Positions 39,762 to 48,168 of a stretch of 64,000 bases of DNA are shown here, piece by piece; the stretch's first letter is position 1, and each line of letters opens with the position of its first letter. This stretch comes from Longimicrobiales bacterium (GTDB lineage: Bacteria > Gemmatimonadota > Gemmatimonadetes > Longimicrobiales > Gaopeijiaceae), in NCBI GenBank assembly GCA_965202805.1, contig OZ241869.1, positions 3,328,001 through 3,392,000 on the forward strand, written 5' to 3'. A model generated the notes under the pieces. It was not told the origin of the DNA, ran no database searches, and was given only the letters and a program-made list of their open reading frames with translations. The position numbers and the translations under genes were made by a program.

Positions 39762-40505
39762 ATGCGCATCTGGACGGGAACCAGCGGCTTCTCCTACAAG
39801 GAATGGAAGGGACGGTTCTACCCGGAGAAGCTCCCGCAGCGGGCCTTCCTCTCGCACTACGCCGGCCAGCTGCCCGCCGTCGAGATCAACAACACCTTCT
39901 ACCGGCTGCCCAAGGTCGACCTGCTGGCGAAGTGGGCCGGGCAGGTGCCGGAGGACTTCCGCTTCTCGATCAAGGCGTCGCGCCGGATCACCCACTTCAA
40001 GCGCCTCGGGCTCTCGAGCACCGACGAGACCACCTACCTGGTCGATACCTGCGCCACCCTGGGGCCGCGCCTGGGCGTGATCCTGTTCCAGCAGCCCCCC
40101 AACATGAAGAAGGATGCGGCGCGTCTGGCGGCCTTTCTGGATCTGCTTCCCGACGGCACCCGCGCCGCGTTCGAGTTCCGCAACCCCTCCTGGTTCGACG
40201 ACGAGGTCCGAACCCTGCTGGCCGATCGCAACTTCGCCCTCGTGCACGCGGACGTGGACGAGCCGCTGCCGGGCCTGTCCCCGGACGCACCGCTGGCTTC
40301 CGGCACCTGGGGCTACCTGCGCATGCGCCGCCTCGGCTACACCCGCGATGAGCTGGAGGGATGGATGGAGCGCATCCAGCGCCAGGGCTGGGACGACGCC
40401 TTCGTCTTCTTCAAGCACGAGGACGAAGCCGCCGGACCGGCAATGGCGAAGGACTTCCTCTCGCTTGCCGGCCCCTCCTCAGGCGGAGCCGGCGATCCGG
40501 AATAA
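39762..40505 (+). CDS. DUF72 (YecE) family protein
   Basis: GTSGFSY..W.G.FYP, VEINNTFYR, ITH, LFQ.PP, EFRN.SW, YLRMR, FFKHE. Confidence 0.92.
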   Translation: MRIWTGTSGFSYKEWKGRFYPEKLPQRAFLSHYAGQLPAVEINNTFYRLPKVDLLAKWAGQVPEDFRFSIKASRRITHFKRLGLSSTDETTYLVDTCATLGPRLGVILFQQPPNMKKDAARLAAFLDLLPDGTRAAFEFRNPSWFDDEVRTLLADRNFALVHADVDEPLPGLSPDAPLASGTWGYLRMRRLGYTRDELEGWMERIQRQGWDDAFVFFKHEDEAAGPAMAKDFLSLAGPSSGGAGDPE

Positions 40506-40562
40506 CGCATTTCACCCGCGCGGCGATCTCACGTGCCGCCCAACACAAGGGAGACGAAGCCC

Positions 40563-41147
40563 ATGGCCGAGTCACGCAGAACCTTCTTGAAACAGTCCGC
40601 GGCCACGGTCGCCGTGGTGTCGCTGCCCGGTTGTGCGCCGATGCCGGGGGAAGGTCCGGACGCGCTCGTGCCCGCCACGTTGCGGGCCGTGGGGGAAGCG
40701 ATGCTGCCGGAGGAGCTGGGCGCGGACGGCCGCGAGCGGGCGGTGGCCGCCTTCGAGCTGTGGTCGGACGGACTCGAGCCGGTGGCGGAGATGGCCCACC
40801 CCTATCTGGTGCCGGAGACGGTCTACACGGGTCCGGACCCGCGGCCGGGCTGGGCCGCGCAGTTGCGTGGGCTGGACATCGAGAGCCGCAAGCGCTTCGG
40901 GGCCTCGTTCGGCGAGATCCGCGTCCCCGAGCGGCGATCGATTCTCGAGCCGCACGTGCGCAGGGCCGGTCCCGACTTCGGCCGGCCGGGGAACACCGCC
41001 CACATCGGGGTCGCGCTCGCGGCCCACTTCTTCGCCTCCCCGATCGCGACCGACCTCTGCTACGGCCGGGCCATCGCCAAACAGCAGTGCAGGGGCCTCG
41101 CGGGCGCCGGAGACGAACCCGCCCCGCTGCCGGGAGGCGCGTCATGA
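40563..41147 (+). CDS. Tat-exported small subunit of GMC dehydrogenase (gluconate 2-dehydrogenase subunit 3-like)
   Basis: SRRTFLK Tat motif, LPGC lipobox; stop overlaps GMC start (ATGA). Confidence 0.7.
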   Translation: MAESRRTFLKQSAATVAVVSLPGCAPMPGEGPDALVPATLRAVGEAMLPEELGADGRERAVAAFELWSDGLEPVAEMAHPYLVPETVYTGPDPRPGWAAQLRGLDIESRKRFGASFGEIRVPERRSILEPHVRRAGPDFGRPGNTAHIGVALAAHFFASPIATDLCYGRAIAKQQCRGLAGAGDEPAPLPGGAS

Positions 41148-42724
41148 GCCCGGTCATCGAGAGCGACGTCTGCATCATCGGCGGCGGCATCAGCGCGGCC
41201 ATGGTCGCGGAGCGCCTTGCCGAAACCACGGAGGCCTCCATCACGGTCGTGGAGGCCGGAGGCCGTACGGCATCTCTCGAGGAGAGAACGGCGACCCGGG
41301 CGCGCATGCTCGCGTACGGCGAGAACCCCTACCCGAACGACCACATCCCCGGCCAGACGGGCACCGGCGAGATGTACCGGTCGATGGTCCTGGGGGGTGC
41401 CGCGATGCACTGGGGGGGCGCCGTGCCCCGGTATTCACCGGAGGACTTCCGGGTCCGCTCCCTCTACGGGGTGGGGTACGACTGGCCCATCTCCTTCGAC
41501 GATCTCGAGCCCTTCTACCAGGAGGCCGAGGAGCGCATGGGCGTTGCCGGGGAGCAGGGCCCGCCCGAGTACGATCCCCGGTCCAGCCCGTATCCGATGC
41601 CGCCCCTGCCGCTCTCCTGGAACCTCCTGCGCATGCGCGAGTGGACGGACGCGGCGGGCATCCCCTTCTGGACCCAGCCGTGGGCGCGTAACACCGAGCC
41701 TTGGCAGGGGCGCAACGTGTGCCAGCGCTGCGACACCTGCGCGGTGTGCCCCACGGGCGCCAAGTACACCCCGGACTTCGCCTTCGACCGGCTGCTTGCG
41801 GCGGGGCGCATCCGGCTCGTCGAGCGCACCTTGATTCGCTCGCTGGATCTCGAATCGGGCTCGGACCGCATCGCGTCCGCCACGGGCTTTCATCAGGACG
41901 CCCCGGACGAGCCCATGGGATTCCGGGCCCGAACCTTCGTGCTGGCGGCCGGTCACACGTGGAGTTCCCATCTCCTTCTGATGTCCGCCAACAGCCGCTT
42001 CCCCAACGGCCTGGCCAACAGCACGGACAACGTGGGCCGCTACATGACCGGGCACTGGTTCGCCAGCGGTTTCATCGAACTGCCCATGCGGCTCTATCCG
42101 GGGATCTTTCCCGCCAACAGCCTGCTGTCACACCGCTTCGCGAGTCCCGGGCCGCTGGACCGATACCTGCGTCACGACATCCGGCTGTGGGAATCGACCG
42201 TGGGCCGTGAAGCCCGTCTGACGACGGACGACGGGCGGGTCCTCTGGGGCGACGAGGCGATGGCGGACTGGCGCGCGCGCACCCGGTCCACCGCCACCGC
42301 CCGCATCCGCTCGTATTACGACGTGATTCCCACCCCGGAGAGCCGCCTGACCCTCGACTCCGGAATGCGCAACAGCCACGGGGATCCGATGCCGCGCATC
42401 GACTACGTGGCGGGCCAGGCCACCCTCGACCTGGAACCGCACACCCACGAGACCCTGCTGGGCCGCTTCGACGAGCTCGCGCGGGCCGCGGGGGGGCGCA
42501 TGATGAGCACGCGGGCGTCACGGCTGTTCGAGCATCCCGGCGGGGGCTGCCGGATGGGCGACGATCCCGCGACCAGCGTGGTGGATCGTCGGGGGCGCAC
42601 CCACGACCACGAGAACCTGTTCGTGGTGGGCGCGCCCACGATCGTCTCGAGCGGCTGCGCCAACGGAACCCTCACCTTCTGCGCGCTGTCGCTGATGGCT
42701 GCGGAGGAGATCGCGAGGGGATAG
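41144..42724 (+). CDS. GMC family flavoprotein oxidoreductase
   Basis: DVCIIGGG, VEAG, LGGAAMHW, CQRCDTCAVCPTGAKY, NVGRYMTGH, HPGGGCRMG, NLFVVG. Confidence 0.92.
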   Translation: MSPVIESDVCIIGGGISAAMVAERLAETTEASITVVEAGGRTASLEERTATRARMLAYGENPYPNDHIPGQTGTGEMYRSMVLGGAAMHWGGAVPRYSPEDFRVRSLYGVGYDWPISFDDLEPFYQEAEERMGVAGEQGPPEYDPRSSPYPMPPLPLSWNLLRMREWTDAAGIPFWTQPWARNTEPWQGRNVCQRCDTCAVCPTGAKYTPDFAFDRLLAAGRIRLVERTLIRSLDLESGSDRIASATGFHQDAPDEPMGFRARTFVLAAGHTWSSHLLLMSANSRFPNGLANSTDNVGRYMTGHWFASGFIELPMRLYPGIFPANSLLSHRFASPGPLDRYLRHDIRLWESTVGREARLTTDDGRVLWGDEAMADWRARTRSTATARIRSYYDVIPTPESRLTLDSGMRNSHGDPMPRIDYVAGQATLDLEPHTHETLLGRFDELARAAGGRMMSTRASRLFEHPGGGCRMGDDPATSVVDRRGRTHDHENLFVVGAPTIVSSGCANGTLTFCALSLMAAEEIARG

Positions 42725-42795
42725 CCGGGGAGTCCCGCGGCTACATTGCCGCGCCCGGTGCTCCCGATGTTTCCGTGGACGCAGGATTCCCGGAG

Positions 42796-44001
42796 CTACA
42801 TCGGCACGCCCGGGCCCGTCCCCGTCGTCCCGACGGCGGCCCGCCGCAACTCGCCGGCGGCACTACTGTCGCCCGGGGGCGCCTGGAGCTGCTCGAGCCA
42901 TTCCGCGAACCTGCGTTCCGGGCGGCCTTCCCAGGCCCGGCGGTGCCAGGCGTCGCTCGCGAGCAGCGAAAAACCCAGCGTGGCTTCACAGAACACCATC
43001 TGTTCGCGCGCGGTTTCCACCTTCCCCCAGCTCGTGGCCTCGCGCAGGGTGGACCCGGACAGCGCGCCGTCACGACTGTCCGCGACCGTGAGCTGCACGG
43101 CGTAGCGGTGCATCGGCACATCCGCGGGCGTCGCCGCGCCGGTCCCATCTTCTGAAGCCAGCGCCCGCGCCCCGGCGACATCGTCCTCCTGCAGCATCTC
43201 CGCGGCCACGACGATGTCCTGCGCGAAGTTCTTCGGGACCCCTCCCCCCAGCATCAGCAGCCCCGTAGCACGGGACGCGAGCTTGATCCGGGCCAGTTCG
43301 AGGAAGTCCTTCCCCGAGTCCAGCGACACGGATTCGCGCCCCTCGCGCGCGGCCGCAGCCCGGTGCAGCACGATGCCGAACCCGGCCGAGGAGTCGCTGA
43401 GGGCGGGGACGAAGATCGGGATGCCCTTCCGGCAGGCCGACAGCACCACGGATTCCGACTCGGGAAAGGTGGTTTCGAGAAACCGGCCCATTTCGGTCAG
43501 GATTTCCCGGGAGGAGTAGGCGCGCGCGGGAAGGCGGTCGAAGATGCGCCTCATCGTCCGGTCGCAAACGCGCAATTCGTTTTCGTCGATGTACGTGTCG
43601 TAGATGCGATCGATGGCCAGCTCGCGCAGATGCTCATCCGGCACCGCGGGATGCTCGGGCGAGCCGGGCGCCATGTAGTGCCGGAAGCCCAGGGCCTCGA
43701 AGAAGTCCTGATCCACCATGTTGGCGCCCGTCGACACCACCACATCCACCATCCCGGAGTCGATAAGCGTCACCAGCGCCTTCTTGAGGCCCGCGGACAC
43801 GAGCGATCCGGCGAGGGTGAGGATGACGGTGCAGTTCCGGTCGGCGAGCATCTCGGAACAGATATCCGCCGCGCGCGCCAGGTTGCGGGTCTGGATGGCG
43901 GTGCGCCGGAACTGGTCGATGACCGGGCGGGCGTCGAACGCGCGGATGTCGACGTGCTCCACCGGCCGGGAAAGAAGGTCGCGTCTGGTGAGCTCGCTCA
44001 C
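42796..44001 (-). CDS. Deoxyhypusine synthase-like protein (probable SpeY-type homospermidine synthase)
   Basis: LAGSLVSAGL, STGAN, RIYD, DSSAG, GGGVPKNF, GALSGSTLREATSWGKV with the catalytic Lys. Confidence 0.9.
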   Translation of the reverse strand: MSELTRRDLLSRPVEHVDIRAFDARPVIDQFRRTAIQTRNLARAADICSEMLADRNCTVILTLAGSLVSAGLKKALVTLIDSGMVDVVVSTGANMVDQDFFEALGFRHYMAPGSPEHPAVPDEHLRELAIDRIYDTYIDENELRVCDRTMRRIFDRLPARAYSSREILTEMGRFLETTFPESESVVLSACRKGIPIFVPALSDSSAGFGIVLHRAAAAREGRESVSLDSGKDFLELARIKLASRATGLLMLGGGVPKNFAQDIVVAAEMLQEDDVAGARALASEDGTGAATPADVPMHRYAVQLTVADSRDGALSGSTLREATSWGKVETAREQMVFCEATLGFSLLASDAWHRRAWEGRPERRFAEWLEQLQAPPGDSSAAGELRRAAVGTTGTGPGVPM

Positions 44002-44229
44002 GAGGCCTCCGGGTGCGGGAAGCGGTTGGGAGGACCGCTAATCTGTCGGAATCGGCGGCATTCCTCCATTCCCGGTACCGGCGGAAGTCAGCGAGATTGT
44101 CCGGGGTGGCGCGACCCGCCGGGGTGCGCCGGACGCGAGAGGCGTTTCGGAGCATTCCCCGGATCCGCACGGGGATTGCGCATGGTCCACCCGGTGATGG
44201 TTCGGCAGCCGCGTCACGCCGGAGGGGGG

Positions 44230-44257
44230 TTGACGATTTCGCAAGACGGCATATCAT
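44230..44257 (+). promoter_or_regulatory. Putative sigma70 promoter of the arg operon
   Basis: TTGACG-16 bp-TATCAT in an AT-richer patch upstream of argR. Confidence 0.55.
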
Positions 44258-44275
44258 GTGCATAACACTGTTAGT

Positions 44276-44314
44276 ATGCCATTTTGTCATGTGGCGTCTG
44301 CCAAAATGGCAGAC
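44276..44314. promoter_or_regulatory. Putative operator pair: ATGCCATTTTGTCAT and GTCTGCCAAAATGGCAGAC
   Basis: Palindromes just downstream of the -10; the second is the exact reverse complement of 24239-24257. Confidence 0.55.
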
Positions 44315-44346
44315 CGACGATGGATTCCCCGAGACCCTCTGCCGGA

Positions 44347-44823
44347 ATGTCAGACCGACGAACAGCTCCCGCACGACGCCGGGCGGTGATCGCGGCCATC
44401 CTGGAGAAGCGCCAAGTCGCCAGCCAGGCGGAATTCGTGCGCCTGCTGGGAGAACGGGGGATCGCAGTGACCCAATCCTGCATCAGCCGTGACCTGGCCC
44501 GGCTGGGAGCGATGAAGGGCGCGGGCGGCTACAGCCTGCGGCCTCTCAACCTCTCGGAGGAGGACCGGCGCACGCTATCGAGCTATGCGCGCGCGGTGCA
44601 CGCGGCAGGTCCCAACCTTACCGTGGTGCGCACCGCCACAGGCGCTGCCCAGCGCATTGCGCTCTTCCTCGACCGGATGGGTTGGAAGGAAGTCCTGGCG
44701 ACGCTGTCGGGCGACGACACCATCTTCATCGCGACGCGAAACCGCAGCGAGCAGCGCGCCCTGGTGGGCCGCCTGCGTCGCGAGGCCGGCCTGACGAGTC
44801 CGCGGAGCGGGGGCAATGCGTAG
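44347..44823 (+). CDS. argR: Arginine repressor
   Basis: SQAEF, VTQSCISRDL, VVRTATGAAQ, TLSGDDTIFI; start 44320 or 44347. Confidence 0.93.
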   Translation: MSDRRTAPARRRAVIAAILEKRQVASQAEFVRLLGERGIAVTQSCISRDLARLGAMKGAGGYSLRPLNLSEEDRRTLSSYARAVHAAGPNLTVVRTATGAAQRIALFLDRMGWKEVLATLSGDDTIFIATRNRSEQRALVGRLRREAGLTSPRSGGNA

Positions 44824-45874
44824 CATCGTCATCGACAAGCTGGCGTCCGTGGCCTCGGACCTGGGTGCCGACCGCGAAATCCGCGTGGGCGACGCCATTC
44901 CCAGCGAGGAGGGTGTGATGGTCGCGGTGGAGGTGCTGACCGAGAAATCCTCCTACAACCAGCTCGAACTGGCCAGCGGGCGCATGGCGCGCGTGCGCCG
45001 GGGGGATGTAATCGTGGGCGCCCTGGGCCACCGCAAGGCGCTGTTCGGCTATTCCGGATACGTGCCCGAGACCACCCGGCCGGGCGACATCGTCCAGATC
45101 CTGAACATGGGCGGTGTGCTGGGCGTATGCGACGCCGTCAACGCGTCGCTGGGGAAGCCTTTCGACGCGCGTGTGCTCGGGGTGGTGCTGGAGTTCCCCT
45201 ATCTCGGCGAGCGCGTGGGCGTCCCGGCCCGGGTGGGCGGCGACCCACTGGACGCCCGGCCCGAACTGGAACTGGGAGGGGTTCCCGTGGTAGCCCTCGC
45301 GGGCACCTGCATGAACTCCGGCAAGACGGCGGCCGCATGCGCGGTGATCGGGCGTCTCCGGCACATGGGGCATGTGGTCGACGCCTTCAAGGCGACCGGG
45401 GTCTCGCTACGGCGCGACATCCTGGCCATGGAGGACGCGGGAGCGCGCAACACCGCCATTTTCACCGACTTCGGTGTGGTAAGCACCGGGCCGGGAAACG
45501 CGCCCGGCCTGGCGCGCACCATGTTGCGCCTGCTGGCGACCGAACGGCCCGACGCGATCGTCTTCGAGCTGGGGGACGGAATCCTCGGCGCATACGGCGT
45601 GGAGGCCATCCTGCGGGACGACGCGGTGCGCGCAAACATCTCGTGCCTGCTGCTGTGCGCGTCCGATCCGGTCGCGGCCTGGGGCGGCGCGCGGCTGCTC
45701 GAAGAGGAGTTCGGGATGTCCCCTGCCTTCATCACGGGGCCCGCGACCGACAACAAGGTCGGGCTCGACATCATCCGGGAAAGGACCGGACTTGACGGCG
45801 TGAACGCGATGACGCACGGCGCCCGGCTCGGAGATGCCGTCGCCGCCCGCATCGGGCTGGGCGCGCATGCCTGA
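44816..45874 (+). CDS. DUF1611-like P-loop protein of unknown function within the arg operon
   Basis: LELASGR...GDVIVGALG.R, Walker-A-like GTCMNSGKT, KATG, D.G..ST, FELGDG; overlaps argR and argC by 8 bp each. Confidence 0.75.
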   Translation: MRSIVIDKLASVASDLGADREIRVGDAIPSEEGVMVAVEVLTEKSSYNQLELASGRMARVRRGDVIVGALGHRKALFGYSGYVPETTRPGDIVQILNMGGVLGVCDAVNASLGKPFDARVLGVVLEFPYLGERVGVPARVGGDPLDARPELELGGVPVVALAGTCMNSGKTAAACAVIGRLRHMGHVVDAFKATGVSLRRDILAMEDAGARNTAIFTDFGVVSTGPGNAPGLARTMLRLLATERPDAIVFELGDGILGAYGVEAILRDDAVRANISCLLLCASDPVAAWGGARLLEEEFGMSPAFITGPATDNKVGLDIIRERTGLDGVNAMTHGARLGDAVAARIGLGAHA

Positions 45875-46922
45875 GACGATTCCCGCCATCGTGCTCGGCG
45901 GATCCGGCTACGTCGGCGGCGAGTTGCTGCGCCTGCTCGCGTCCCATCCGTGCATCCGACCGACCGCCGTCGTGTCGCGAAGCCGGAGACGGGAGCCGGT
46001 GGAAGCTGTCTTCCCGAACCTGCGGGGCGTGTGGCCGGAGCTGAGCTTCACGTCCCTGGACGAGCTCCCCGACACGCTCGGAGATCGCTGCGCCATCTTC
46101 TCGACGGCCGCCCATGGAGCCAGCGCCCGGCTGGTCGACCGGGCTCTGGGCATCTGCGAGGAGCGCCAATGCGTCGCCAGCGTGGTCGACGTCTCCGCGG
46201 ATTTTCGTTTTCGCGACGCCGACGCGTACGAGGCGGTGTACGGGGTCGAGCACGGGGCCCCGGATCGCATGCCGATGTTCCGCAGTCTGTTGCCGGAGCA
46301 CGCTACCACGCGAAAGCCCCGCCACGTCGGCCATCCCGGATGCTTCGCGACCGGCATGCTGCTCGCCAGTATGCCGCTGATGCGCCCCGGACTGGTCGAT
46401 CCCCGCCTGATGGTCAGCGCGGTGACGGGAAGTACCGGGGCGGGCCGCGCCCCCCGGCCGACCACCCACCATCCGACCCGGCACGCCAACATGTTCGCCT
46501 ACAAGCCCCTCGCGCATCGCCATGCGCCGGAGGTGGAGGGGATCCTGCGGGCGCTGACGGGCCGCGGCGTCCAGCTTCATTTCGTTCCCGGCTCCGGGCC
46601 GTTCGCGCGCGGGATCTACATGGTGATGCAGGCTCGGCTGCTCGACGGCGTTGAGGCGAACCAGGTACGCGACGCCTATTCCGACCATTATGCGAAGGCG
46701 CCCTTCGTGCACCTGGTGGATGTTCCGCCGAGGCTGAAGGACGTGGTGGGCAGCAATCACGCCCGCCTGGCCCTGGCGGTGAACCGGGGCGTGCTGGCGG
46801 TTGCGGTGGCGCTCGACAACCTGGTCAAGGGCGCCGCCGGCGGGGCGATCCAATGGATGAACGTGCTGCACGGGCTTCCCGAAACCACCGGGTTGACCAC
46901 CCCCGCACCGGGGTGGACATGA
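45867..46922 (+). CDS. argC: N-acetyl-gamma-glutamyl-phosphate reductase
   Basis: GGSGYVGGELLRLL, DVSADFR, PGCFAT, GSTGAGR, HRHAPE, DNLVKGAAGGAIQ. Confidence 0.95.
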   Translation: MPETIPAIVLGGSGYVGGELLRLLASHPCIRPTAVVSRSRRREPVEAVFPNLRGVWPELSFTSLDELPDTLGDRCAIFSTAAHGASARLVDRALGICEERQCVASVVDVSADFRFRDADAYEAVYGVEHGAPDRMPMFRSLLPEHATTRKPRHVGHPGCFATGMLLASMPLMRPGLVDPRLMVSAVTGSTGAGRAPRPTTHHPTRHANMFAYKPLAHRHAPEVEGILRALTGRGVQLHFVPGSGPFARGIYMVMQARLLDGVEANQVRDAYSDHYAKAPFVHLVDVPPRLKDVVGSNHARLALAVNRGVLAVAVALDNLVKGAAGGAIQWMNVLHGLPETTGLTTPAPGWT

Positions 46923-46977
46923 ACGCGAAGCCTCGCGCGAGCGCCCCCGGCTCCGACAATTCACGCCGGGCGCCGCG

Positions 46978-48168
46978 ATGAACGCACATCCTCCCACGCC
47001 CCTGCCGGACGCGCGCCGGGCCGAAGCGCGGCATCTGGCTCAGGTGTACGGCCAGTTGCCGGTGGAGCCGGTGTCGGGCCAGGGTGTCTACCTGCGGTGT
47101 GCGGACGGGCGCCGACTGCTCGATCTCTACGGCGGACACGCCGTGTGCGCGCTCGGCTACGGACACCCGAGAGTGCTGGAAGCGGTCCGCCGGCAGGCCG
47201 GGGAGCTGATGTTCACCAGCAACCTGAACGCGCTGAGGGTGCGGGCGCGCGCCGCCGACAAGCTCGCCGGGTTCGCGCCGGCCGATCTGGATTGCGTCTT
47301 CTTCGTCAATTCGGGGGCGGAGGCCAACGAGAACGCCCTCAGGCTGGCCTGCAGATTGACCGGCCGCAGGCGCGTGGTCGCGCTGGAGCACGGGTTCCAC
47401 GGCCGCTCGGCTGCGGCCGCCGCCGTGACCTGGCGGGCCCGCGAGCGCTGGTACGGCTTCCCGGATACCCCGTTCGACGTGACCTTCGCCCCCCGCCACG
47501 ACGCAGCCGGGGCGGCTGCCGCCATCGACGACGAGACCGCTGCCGTCATCTTCGAGCCCATCCAGGGCATCGCGGGCGCTTACGTGCTCGAATCGGACCA
47601 TGTGCGTGCCCTGCGCGCCGCGTGCGACCGCCACGGGGCCCTGCTGATCGCGGACGAGGTGCAGTGCGGGATGGGGCGGAGCGGAAAACCCTTCGCGATC
47701 GAGCACACCGGCGTCGTTCCGGACATGGTCACTACCGCGAAGGCGCTCGGAGCCGGGTTCCCCTGCAGCGCCCTCATCATGTCACGGTCTCTGGGCGATC
47801 AGCTGCGAATCGGGGATATGGGGAGCACCTTCGGGGGAGGGCCGCTCGCGTGCGCGGTCATCGAAGCGGTGCTGGACACCATCCGCGAGGAAGGGCTTCT
47901 GCATCAGGTGGCGACCCGCGAGCGAGAGATTCGCGCCAGTTGCGTTACGGGGCCGGTGCTCGGGATTCGCGGGCGCGGCATGCTGCTCGGGCTCGAGTGC
48001 GCGACCTCCGCGCGTGAGGTTCGCGACGCGCTCCTGGACCAGGACATCCTCGCGGGAACCAGTTCGGACCCGGCATGGCTGCGGGTCATGCCTCCGCTTA
48101 CGCTGCGGGCGTCCGAAGCAGCGCAGCTCGCCGAAGCGCTGCGGGCCATGCCGGAGGAGGCAACGTGA
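46978..48168 (+). CDS. argD: Acetylornithine aminotransferase
   Basis: NSGAEANE, FHGR, EPIQG, DEVQCGMGRSG, TTAKALGAG, STFGG; arg operon context. Confidence 0.9.
   Translation: MNAHPPTPLPDARRAEARHLAQVYGQLPVEPVSGQGVYLRCADGRRLLDLYGGHAVCALGYGHPRVLEAVRRQAGELMFTSNLNALRVRARAADKLAGFAPADLDCVFFVNSGAEANENALRLACRLTGRRRVVALEHGFHGRSAAAAAVTWRARERWYGFPDTPFDVTFAPRHDAAGAAAAIDDETAAVIFEPIQGIAGAYVLESDHVRALRAACDRHGALLIADEVQCGMGRSGKPFAIEHTGVVPDMVTTAKALGAGFPCSALIMSRSLGDQLRIGDMGSTFGGGPLACAVIEAVLDTIREEGLLHQVATREREIRASCVTGPVLGIRGRGMLLGLECATSAREVRDALLDQDILAGTSSDPAWLRVMPPLTLRASEAAQLAEALRAMPEEAT

Noticed and set aside
40361..41143. Long N-terminal extensions in the ORF track (GMC from 40361; also NCS2 from 30068, Ku to 34900, MoaD to 39152, SSS from 56737, CYTH from 59093) as gene fusions
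   Set aside because: The extensions overlap other genes or intergenic DNA and are Arg/Gly/Pro-rich noise; better internal starts exist
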